Shown one piece after another: positions 1 to 10,100 of a stretch of DNA of 64,000 bases. The position numbers and the translations under genes were made by a program. The DNA comes from Schmidtea polychroa (taxonomy: Eukaryota). Positions within the stretch are counted from its first letter, which is position 1, and every line of letters starts with the position of its first letter. The stretch covers positions 212,102,001 through 212,166,000 of the forward strand of contig CM097885.1 in NCBI GenBank assembly GCA_044892525.1, read 5' to 3'. The notes under the pieces are model-generated. The model ran no database searches. It had not been told where the DNA came from and was given only the letters and a program-made list of their open reading frames with translations.

Positions 1-2233
1 CAAAATATCCATGAGAGATAACAGGCAGCATTTGAGGTAGATACAGGGTTCGTCAGTGATGTAACATGTCATATGGGAAGAACACACCTGCATGCATACA
101 CAGGCATAGTATAGAGCATGAAACGATCAGTCAGCGATTATGACTAAGTAGGAGTGGATGAGAAAAATTTTCATGTGCCACGCGTTTCCAGACCATCACC
201 GAGACTACTCGTAATCGGTAGATTATACAGACAGTCAATCACAGAGAACCCCACCTGGCGCGTCAGTTGAAATGTGATTACAAAAAACATACTAATGACA
301 TTCACCCGATTTCTCACCAATCGGAATTAACAGACAACCGACAGGCGGTCCTTTGGATGCACTTAGCTAAACTCATTTAATTATTTAGTTTTACTTTAAT
401 CATTCATATTTTCTTATAACTAAATAGGTGTAAATTAATTAACAAAACTTTTACGTGTCATAAATAAATAATTGTAGAGAAGGGGATAGATTACCGTTTA
501 TTTTTGGGTTCCTATTCATATGAAACAATTAATTTAAAAGTAAATCGACCTATTTGGACATGAGACTTACACCTCAAAATCATTTATCTTGGGTATATCT
601 GTAATTACATTCAAATTCTCTGACGATGCTATTTTCAGGTAAATTAATTAAATCATAATTTCATCAACTAGTGATTCCCCTTGTTAATGGTAATACTATA
701 TTTTCCTTCGATAAGATCTTGCATGGACGCTCTGTTCCCGTATAAATAATGACCCCAAGCGTACAAGATCTGTAGGGTAAAGAAGTCTCTTCAGGCTAAT
801 AAACTCGTTTCGTCTGTGTAACAACCTATGATCAGGGGGGTATGAGTGTGACTAGATGATGATGTCTCAAATTTGCCTTAGTTTGATTTTATTCGCATTT
901 TCTCTTCATAGCTATCCAAGATGTCTCCAAGTTCCAATAACATTCTTAAACCTTGCTTTTCTTGCTCGGACAAGAATTCAGTCATCAGAGATCTACAAGC
1001 GCAAATTGGAAAGTACAAAAGGAAGATAGATGAGTTGGAGGGGACATGGTTTAGTCCCGCGCAAATGAAGGAGACCCAGAAGAAATTGCATCGAAGCGAG
1101 CACTGTCGTGATGCTCTCATTTCCGAAAGTCGGGCACAGAGGAGCCTGATAAAAGAGCAGTCAGAAGCGCTGCATAAACTATACATACAAGCGGCGACCA
1201 CGAGAAAAATAGCGAAGATCCCAATTAACGAAGCCAGCAATCTCTTCCCAGCGCATCATGATACCTCCGTCAGGCTTTTGCCTCCACTCGCGAAGTCTTG
1301 CCATGGGTGTGTAGAGTCCGAGCTCTCTCCTAAAGACCCAGAGATTGTATTCACCGGGACCAGTAAGGTCCAGCCAAATCTCGCGTCCTCATCAACCGTA
1401 CAAACGATCACCACTTCAAAGCCTAAGCGTCGACAGCTGTCTCGAGCAGAACGCAAACGGAAACAACGGGAACGGGCATCTGGCAGGCAGTGTACATCGT
1501 CAACCGTCGCTCCAGTCAGCGGTAATGGTAATCTGACGGTGGTCGACCCAACAACCGGGATCTCCGGGCGAGTCATCTCCGCCGTCGGGGTGACGTGGGA
1601 AGAAAATGCCGCCGAGTTCTTTAATCTGGACGAGTTACTCGCCGACTCGGAGTGGGAGAAATGAGGATTTTCCCGAAACATGGCCTCCTTCTCAGGAGAG
1701 GATTGCACTTATCTGATGTCGTTTTCTACCTTGGTGTCATTCAGCTCGTGTAAAATTCCTTGTATAAATTCTCTAGGTGTTTGTATAGTAACTTTAATAA
1801 AAAAATAAAAAAATTTCTCGTTTATGTACGTGTTATCTCGTGTGTTGAACTTATAAAATAATATGAACTTGCAAATGGTATTGAGAGTTTCGGAAAATAA
1901 GGAGTATTGGTCAATTGGTAATCCCAATGGGAAATCTTGCGACGGGCGACAGAATGAAAAGACGTAAGTCCTTCTATCGGTGGTCAGGGTTAGACAGTCG
2001 AGGCCTCAGTAGGGAGTAGTCCGAAGGAGATGGCTCACCTGCCTACTGGTGTCTCGCCGGCATAGCACAGTTCCAACGTGAAGCGATTCACGGGTGCTAT
2101 GTTGGAGGGTAGATTATGTACGGGTCCTGCTCGGCGATGACCAGAATCAAGACGAGCGTAATCGATATGGACATTCATCCTCTAGATTAAAAGCGGTACT
2201 GAAGGGGGTCATCCGGGTAGCCGCCCGCCAACA
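1..2233 (+). repeat. 5' LTR (3' portion visible)
   Basis: Matches 25718-27950 with only three substitutions seen by eye (1013 G/A, 1981 T/C, 2187 T/C). Identity ends at CCGCCCGCCAACA(T). Confidence 0.97.
921..1664 (+). CDS. LTR-encoded 247-aa protein of unknown function (N-terminal coiled coil, Arg/Lys-rich KRRQLSRAERKRKQRER, acidic C-terminal tail)
   Basis: Intact ORF in both LTRs; the one difference seen is synonymous. Preceded by a polypyrimidine tract and TAG (acceptor at 911). Followed by AATAAA at 1796 and 1804. Confidence 0.75.
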   Translation: MSPSSNNILKPCFSCSDKNSVIRDLQAQIGKYKRKIDELEGTWFSPAQMKETQKKLHRSEHCRDALISESRAQRSLIKEQSEALHKLYIQAATTRKIAKIPINEASNLFPAHHDTSVRLLPPLAKSCHGCVESELSPKDPEIVFTGTSKVQPNLASSSTVQTITTSKPKRRQLSRAERKRKQRERASGRQCTSSTVAPVSGNGNLTVVDPTTGISGRVISAVGVTWEENAAEFFNLDELLADSEWEK

Positions 2234-2240
2234 TAATTTT

Positions 2241-2258
2241 TGGGGGCTCAGCCGGGAT
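2241..2258 (+). promoter_or_regulatory. Primer-binding site, tRNA-Pro type
   Basis: TGGGGGCTCAGCCGGGAT matches the classical tRNA-Pro PBS TGGGGGCTCGTCCGGGAT at 16/18 positions, 7 nt after the LTR end. Confidence 0.88.
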
Positions 2259-2484
2259 CATCAATTTCAATTAATTAGCGAATGCAAATTGACTAATACT
2301 TCTCGAATCTTATTATAAAAGTACGGTTAGAAAATGACGAAATTAAAGATATAAATAAAGTAAATTTAAAATTGGGAAAATAAAATAAAAGTAAAACAAC
2401 TTATAACAATTCAAAAGGGAAATGTTTGCTGAAACCACCATGTATTAGTTGTATATTATTAAAATATTTTCTTTTCTAATAGAC

Positions 2485-2970
2485 ATGACAGAATTCACAG
2501 AACTGATGAAACAACTAAGCAACTTCGTTGATATAGAAAACGATCCCATAAAAACGCTTACACAGAAAAGAGAGAGAATTAGGAGCATACAACTACAAAC
2601 AATGGGACAAGCACCAATCGTACCTAACCATATGTTATTAGCCATAGGCCTAAGTCGTGCAGATAGTAAAGTGAATCATGAAACCATATATCAGTGGTAT
2701 CAGGAAAGATTGAGACACCCCGCATTGAATCTAGAATATCATCGACTACGAGATCAATTAGATACTATATCCGACATAATCGAACAGAAGATACAAGAAA
2801 AGCTCACTAAATTACGAACCTGTCTGTCCTGCAAACTTCGTCCTATTCGCGTACTGTTCTTGCCCTGTGGACACCTCAGTCACTGCGAAGAATGTGTAAA
2901 CGATCTAAAACGGTGCACAATATGTAAGCACGAGATAAAAGAGACTCATATGGTTTATTATGGCGAATAA
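2485..2970 (+). CDS. RING-finger protein, C-terminal IAP/MDM2-like C3HC4 RING (161 aa from the second ATG)
   Basis: CLSC..IRVLFLPCGHLSHCEECVNDLKRCTICKHEI at the extreme C-terminus. TTTTCTTTTCTAATAG|acATG acceptor. AATAAA overlaps the stop. Confidence 0.85.
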   Translation: MTEFTELMKQLSNFVDIENDPIKTLTQKRERIRSIQLQTMGQAPIVPNHMLLAIGLSRADSKVNHETIYQWYQERLRHPALNLEYHRLRDQLDTISDIIEQKIQEKLTKLRTCLSCKLRPIRVLFLPCGHLSHCEECVNDLKRCTICKHEIKETHMVYYGE

Positions 2971-3520
2971 AAGTGTTAAAGATTTAATGACATTTATGAA
3001 CATCGAATTGATACTGACGATTGAAGGAGAATAAATGTAATTGTTGTGTGAAATATTATTAAAGTCTTAATTTTATTTTTATTTTTATGGCAAATAAATT
3101 CTTGTTATAAGCTGAGTAATCCATGGCTCTTAATTCTATTTTATTTTTTTTGGAATCAAACGAAAAGAGAACTAAACTAACGTGGAACTAGTCCCAATAT
3201 AGGCTGTAAGGGTACAACCGAGCCACCTTCGGGCGGTACGTTCTATCATGAGAAAAACCCATTGGGAGGGGATAACCGATCAACCTAAGTGAGGAGCGTA
3301 GGGCGGGGTACCATCGCAAATGATGAGAAGTTTCTGCGGTGTGACTGATCACCATGCCAATGCAGAAATGGATCATCGCGATCGTCGTGCGTTTTGAGCA
3401 AGGGGGGAAAGGGAAAACACTCTCAAGCGGTAAAGATTAAGTCGACAAATTAAAAGTAGACAGAGAAAATGGTAATGTAGGGTAAAAGAGGAAAGAGAGA
3501 AGTAGAAGTATGCAGAACAA

Positions 3521-3835
3521 GAGATATTAAGGCCGAGCTGTCGAAAAGTCCAGCCGGTCAGGGAAATTGAAACTGAGCTGTGAAAAGTCCAGCCAGTCGG
3601 AGATATTAAGGCCGAGCTGTCGAATAGTCCAGCCGGTCAGGGAAATTAAAAACTGAGCTGTGAAAAGTCCAGCCAGTCGGAGATGTTAAGGCCGAGCCGT
3701 CAAAAAGTCCAGCCGGTCAGGATAATGAAGATTGAGCTGTTGAATAGTGCCAGCCAGTCGTAAGATCGAGTTGTCGAATAGTCCAACCGGTCGGGATGAA
3801 GAAGATTGAGCTGTTGAATAGTGCCAGCCAGTTGT
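3521..3835 (+). repeat. Tandem array in the gag leader: about 8 units of ~40 bp arranged as ~79-80 bp dimers
   Basis: Recurring core GAGCTGT(C)GAA(A/T)AGTCCAGCC(G/A)GTC with alternating A/B spacers. Confidence 0.9.
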
Positions 3836-5176
3836 AAAGGCCTAGAGAAACGAGAGATAGCATTTAAGCTACAATGAGATAGTATTTAAGTTAACAGTGG
3901 AATGGAATATTAAAGCTAGTTAAAACAAGTTGAATATTAATTACAAGAATTTGAATTGAGAGGAATAAACGAGCTCGTGAAAAATGATAACAAGATTATA
4001 ACGAGAAAAAGTAAGAGAAGAGGGAAATGAATTAAAGAGATAATGGTAAACAAAGAATAAGCGAAAAGAGATGATGAGTAGAAGAGGAAATAATCAACTA
4101 ATTAAAGGGATCCCAGTGAAGTAGAGAAACTCTACGGAATATTTAATTTTTTTTGTTTAAACCGGGGAAATTAATTTATTAGTTCTAGCACAGAACTGAG
4201 TGAGAAATAGTAAAGACGAAAAAATGAGTAACATAGCGACAATGGCGCCAAAGGATTAGGAAAATAAAGGGGGGTAATAAGCAGTGACCGACAACGACCT
4301 ATTCATATTATAAGTATTAAAGATAGATAATTATTACGACTCTATAGATAATTGTTACTACCCCATATAGATAATTTAAAATCGACGAAAAATACGGGCT
4401 GATGGGAGATTATAACCCGCGGAAGTAATTGCATAAAAAATAGGGGAAGCATAAACAGAACCTAAAAGGTGTCTGTGTTTGGATGTTGCAGAAAGAATGA
4501 TGAAGTCGTGTAAGCAGATGCAACACGAGATCATTTTTTCATTTTAGATATCAAACCAATCCAGTCAATCAAGCCAATCCAGAACCTGCACAAAGGGAAT
4601 TCGAAGAAACCACCAATCAACCCAAGATAACTGATTCAGAACCCGCACGGCAAGAATAATCCAACTCGAAGACGGAAGACGATACAGATAACGACCCATC
4701 CAACTTCAAACGAATCACCGATACATTCAGTCTCGTGGTATTAGCAGCCATCAGCCAAGGACTCATAAATCTCCTCAGAATATCATTAGCGGAATCACAC
4801 AGGATACTCTTCGAAGACAATCTAGTCAGAACCGAACTCGCCCAACTCAGCAGTCGCTAGCTACAAGAAATCCACAAGAAACGGCTGAGAAGCGTAGGAA
4901 AGAATCACGGATAAACCAAATCTTAGATCTTCAAGTAAGCCAGGAGACGTATTATTTTCAGGAGACGAATTACAACAACTCAAAAGAGGACGATCCATTA
5001 AACAACAAAGAGGAATATCACAAGGAGCACGAAGAACCAATCAAATACCCATATTTGACCAAGAAAATCTCGGGTACACCCCTAGTCGATCTCGAAGCAG
5101 AGAAAGTCTATCCGACATCACTAATAGTTTAGCAACGTCAACCGAAGAACTATCGGCCCAAAGTCTAGTCACATCA

Positions 5177-7177
5177 TTGGATAACTTAAAAGAAACAGAC
5201 GAAGCTAGAACACCAATCATGACAAATGTCGTAAAGATCGACGAATATAAAGAGAAGTTCAGAGGAGAACCGTTCAACGGGAATGCAAACAAGTTAGCAA
5301 CGTTCATAACCAATTTTGAAGTCTATATCGATGTGTGTGGATGGACGTCCGAAGCAATTAGTAAACGGATGCCGTTGTTTTTATGCGATAGCGCATTAGA
5401 AGTGTATTTAGAAGCTAAAGAAAGAAATACGAAGTTAGACAGTTGGGAAAGCATCAAAACATTCCTGAGGAAAACTTTCGGAGCCAGCAAACCAATAAAT
5501 CAAGCGCTAAGCGAACTAGCAAGTAGAAAACAAAGAGCAAACGAATCCATAACATTGTATGCGAGTGAATTGCGAAGATTGGCAAAGAAGGCCATGAACG
5601 GAAACTTGCCGGAGGAAAATTTAATTGGTTATTTCATAGAAGGACTGCGCCGAGAAGAGGTAAGGGCCTCGGTGGGATGTCAAATGTGTAAAACACTAGA
5701 GGAAGCCATAGATTGGGCCACGAGATGCGAACTACACCTCCCGGCACAAATGAATGTCATGCAGGAGGAGGGGAGAATCGCAGCCGCAACGATAAAAACG
5801 GAAAATGGAGATAACAACAATCACGAACCAAAGATGAATCAATTTATACCGGGTGCACATCAAATTTTCAAACCACCACAAGGACGATCAAACGGGAATA
5901 ACAGTGAACGCAACAACTCGAACAATGGGAATAATTTTAATAATCGACGAAATACGAACGATAACAAACAATGCCGAACATGCGGTAAACCAGGACATTG
6001 GGATAGAGATTGTTACCGAAACGCAAATTGCAATAGGTGTGGACGACGAGGACACACGGAAAATATATGTCAATTGAGAGGGTGTTTTAACTGTGGTCAA
6101 CCAGGTCACATCTCAAGAGACTGTCGAGCAAGGAGCCAACCACAACGACCACCACAGCGAAATAATCATTATGCACCAAATCCGCAACGACAAAGTAATC
6201 CTAGTGAGGGAAAGCAAATGAATGTGATGCAAGAGATTTCACAAATGAAGCAGATGATGCAACAAATGATGAGACCGAGACAAGAACAAGTACCACAACA
6301 AACCCAGAATATACGCATGATGAGGAGTACCGAGAATCTTAACAATTATGAAGTGCAACAACATGCACAAGAATGGCAGAGACTACAAGCTGAAGAAGAG
6401 AGAATAAAAAGAGAGCGAATTCAGCAGCGACAAGAACAACCATTGCGAATAAATATGATGAGAATGGTAAGGGAGATAAAAGAGCAATATTGTTACAATT
6501 ACGGTAAAAATCCAAGAGTTGTACCTATGAGCGAACCAGAGAAACCGAAAGAAACAATTATAGAAACCAAAAAGGAAAGCCCAACAACACCGCTAAAGGG
6601 AAATCAGAGAATTCAGAAAATATTTTGGAAAAAGATAAAAGATAAAATCGAAAGAGAAAATGAGAAAACAAAAACAGAAGCAGAAGCGATAAATGATGGA
6701 AACGAGAAACAAACTAGTCATTTAACCCATGAAATGGTACAAGAATTAAAATCGGAAGAATTAACGATATTTGAGAATAAAAAGCTCAAGAAAGTACCAA
6801 GAATGAGAAATTTACGAATTAACATGATGAGGACGACAAAGAAGGTGTTGTCAACAGATGACGATGAGGATTATGTGAGTAGCCTTGGTGGAGAAATGTT
6901 ACAGTTAAATGAAAATATCGACCAACTAAGGGAAAAGATCGGAGCAGATGAGGATGAAAGTGAAAGCGACGTGACAAGCGAAAGCGCAGACGAGAATATC
7001 GAAATGAAATTGAGAAAAGAAAGAGACGAAGCGATAAAACAAGTAAAAGAAATACTTCCAGTGGTGGTCAGAAACCAGGAATTCATTGACAGTATACCAT
7101 ACAGACGCTTCATACAAAAGATAATGAAACTAGAAAGAAACGAAATAGACCTAATACCAAACGAGAAAAAGCGATAA
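5177..7177 (+). CDS. gag: Gag (capsid domain, three CCHC zinc knuckles, long charged C-terminal extension)
   Basis: Retrotransposon-gag-like helices (SWESIKTFL..F, RKQRANESI..YA.ELRRLA, FIEGL). Knuckles CRTCGKPGHWDRDC, CNRCGRRGHTENIC, CFNCGQPGHISRDC. 5177 is TTG; first ATG is 5219; frame is open from 4898. Confidence 0.93.
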   Translation: MDNLKETDEARTPIMTNVVKIDEYKEKFRGEPFNGNANKLATFITNFEVYIDVCGWTSEAISKRMPLFLCDSALEVYLEAKERNTKLDSWESIKTFLRKTFGASKPINQALSELASRKQRANESITLYASELRRLAKKAMNGNLPEENLIGYFIEGLRREEVRASVGCQMCKTLEEAIDWATRCELHLPAQMNVMQEEGRIAAATIKTENGDNNNHEPKMNQFIPGAHQIFKPPQGRSNGNNSERNNSNNGNNFNNRRNTNDNKQCRTCGKPGHWDRDCYRNANCNRCGRRGHTENICQLRGCFNCGQPGHISRDCRARSQPQRPPQRNNHYAPNPQRQSNPSEGKQMNVMQEISQMKQMMQQMMRPRQEQVPQQTQNIRMMRSTENLNNYEVQQHAQEWQRLQAEEERIKRERIQQRQEQPLRINMMRMVREIKEQYCYNYGKNPRVVPMSEPEKPKETIIETKKESPTTPLKGNQRIQKIFWKKIKDKIERENEKTKTEAEAINDGNEKQTSHLTHEMVQELKSEELTIFENKKLKKVPRMRNLRINMMRTTKKVLSTDDDEDYVSSLGGEMLQLNENIDQLREKIGADEDESESDVTSESADENIEMKLRKERDEAIKQVKEILPVVVRNQEFIDSIPYRRFIQKIMKLERNEIDLIPNEKKR

Positions 7178-7188
7178 TAAAGAAGTAT

Positions 7189-10100
7189 ATGGAAAAAATG
7201 AAACAAGCAGAGACAACACGCTACGTAATAAAAATTGGAACGAGCAAAGGACTCGAGAGAATATGGATAAAAAACACCGTTACAGACGAGCTCTTTGACT
7301 GGATAAGAGAACATTTGGGCAGCTCGAGAAAGAAAGAATACCTGTATCAATATCAAGGAGAACAAATCAAACCCGACATGCACCTAATAGATGCACTGAT
7401 CTGGCCAGGAGAAACTCAAATATTGAAGTTGCATAAAGAGAAGCAACCAACAAATGTTCACGAATGGGCTAAAGACGCCAAGGCGGAATACGATTTTAAT
7501 ATCAAGCTGAAGTTGGAACAAATAAAACAATGCACCTTGCGACGAAATCTAGATAAATTAATCAAACAAATCCAAGAACAAGTCGAAGACAACTGGGATT
7601 TGCTCATAGCAAGACGAACTCCAGACATGCATGAACTAATGAGCCGACTGCGCGATACAGAATTGCTCCGAATGAGTGATTGGAGAACCATAAATTTGAT
7701 CCACAAATACGGAAGATTAAAAGAAACGCAACCACAGAAATTGGAAATAACCATATGGTTACCAAACGAGGAGAAACGGCGAATAAAAATGAGCAACCAG
7801 AGTACGGTGGACGATTTAGTATCAAAGATAAACCAAGAAATAACGGAAAAAGTTCGAAGCGAGAGCAGCGATGGTATGATAGATGATGTAGTCATGATGT
7901 ACGACAAAATAATACTACGGGCTGAAGACGATACCTCGTTAAGCGAAATGGGAATGTGGGATAATCATCAAATAATTAGAATATTGCCCATGGACGAATT
8001 CCGAACAAGAGATGTAACATACCAGAAAGAGATACGGGACAGGATGAAAACGCTATACCAAAAATCAGTAGAGATAATCGAAATTCATCAACAATGGCTA
8101 AAAGAAAAAGAACTACAAGGAAAAATAAGGAAACTAAGTGTTAGATCCTGCAGACGAACCCCATGGGAAAGGATGTGGAATGCGGAAAACAAAGAATGGG
8201 AAATTAGGAAAGGGATTTTCGTGGAAACAGACATTGGTGAGATAGAAAGTGAATCAGAAGAAGAGGAAGATGAACCTCCAAAATACGAAGAGGACGAAAT
8301 AGAATCGATATCGGACGACGAAAGCGAAACGGATGTCACGTCAGAAAGTGAAACGGAAATCAGGCATATTCGTGCAATGAGAAAGAAGGAACGCGAGTAC
8401 GCCGACATAGACGGTGAAGAGGCAAAAGAAGCGAGAGATCGAGAAGAAAGAGAAAGATACAAACAATTAAGCGACATCTTAGAGACGGGGACAAAGAATC
8501 AGAAAAGACAAACGATAGCACTAGCCAATTTCATCCTAAAAATATCGGACAATATCCAGTATCTGAGAGAGATAGTAAAAACTATAGAGGAATACCGGCG
8601 ATACAACGAATGGTACCCGGAACAATTGGAACAAATCATTGGGAAGTGGCGAAACCATGAATGGTCACAAGACACCCAAGAAAGATATCGAATTCGAATT
8701 AAATACCCGGATAAAACTGTAGAAGAAGTGGAAGTACATCCAACCACAAAAATCAGAGAATTAAAAAAGAAACTAGCATACGAAACCCCATTCCATCTAC
8801 AACTACAAGGAAAATCATTAGATGACAATGTGGATGTCGGAATAACACCCATGAGGTTAGGGGAGATCAATGTATTAACAATGGCAGAAACATTGGGAAA
8901 ACCAATTAAAAGGAAGAGCAAATCCAGTAAAACTACGAAAGGTAGCTTGAGTACACCAAGCCCTGACAAAGTGGCGAGTAAATCGAACGAAACTGAGGAA
9001 ATTGAGGAGATCATATTAGAAGACAGCGATGAGGGAGCTGGAGAAAGATCGCCGATATTAGTAAGATGGCCGACAGGGGCAGAGATTTGGACAACAAGCC
9101 AGCCATCAACTAGTTACCAGCAACCGAGTAAGTTGAGTATTGAGGAGATTATCGATAATACGACAGAAACCGAAACCGATGAACAATTCCAACGACAAAA
9201 GGGATCAATGAGAATAACACCTGAAGGGCAAACAGACAAAATAATAGACGAATGGAATGAGTGGCTGAGAAACAACGATAGCTCATTACCAAGAACAGAT
9301 AACGAAAGAAACCCGAGTTACGAAAGGACAAGAGAAGCTGGAACAATGATGGAGAAACGGGCAAAAGGGAGGCCCAAGAAGCAAGGAGAAAAACCAGAAT
9401 TTAAAACCAGAGAACAGTTGAAACAGGAACAAGGACAAGTCAGATTAGAGAAATTGGATAAAATAGTATGGGACCTAAAAGAAGCTCAACCAACAATCGA
9501 GAGAGGCGAAAAATGGATACGAGAGCTAGTAAAGGATATGTTAATAATAACGAGTCCGCAATTGAGACGATTATGGCAACGAAAAGTGGCAAGCGTAGAC
9601 GCCAGACAACTATGGAATGTAATATCCGGAATAATTCCGAAATTAATTAAAGAGAAGACAAAAACCACTAAAACCGATTGGGAAGAGACAAGAAGAGTAA
9701 TTGAGCAATTAACTCTAAACGCAAACGACGACGAACATCATTTAGTAGTATTAACGTATCTAATGTACAATTTGATGGGATTAGCAGCAAGAAAAATACC
9801 TAACAAACAATTTGCAAATCATGTAGAAATGACCGTTACAATCATTGAAAATACAATCGAACCACATATTATCCGTGCCGGAGGGTGGAAAAGACTCATA
9901 CAAGCGCCACGAAAAAACGAGCAAGAGAGATCAATGCAAATTCGGTTGAAAAAATTACTAAACGAGCTAGAATGGGAATTGCCATTAAAGGACCCAGCCA
10001 GCAGAAAGGCGTCGATTAATTCACTAATGATGACCATGATGATATGGATGCTCTGCACCAGCGGAGCAGCTGGATTCACAATCTACGACTGTGACAATTC

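Noticed and set aside
3521-3835. CRISPR-like appearance of the repeat array
   Set aside because: Eukaryotic context, spacers are themselves repeated, and there are no cas genes.
7480-7730. Helical segment between Ubl1 and Ubl2 that vaguely recalls a death-effector domain
   Set aside because: Too few conserved positions to call by eye; needs HHpred.
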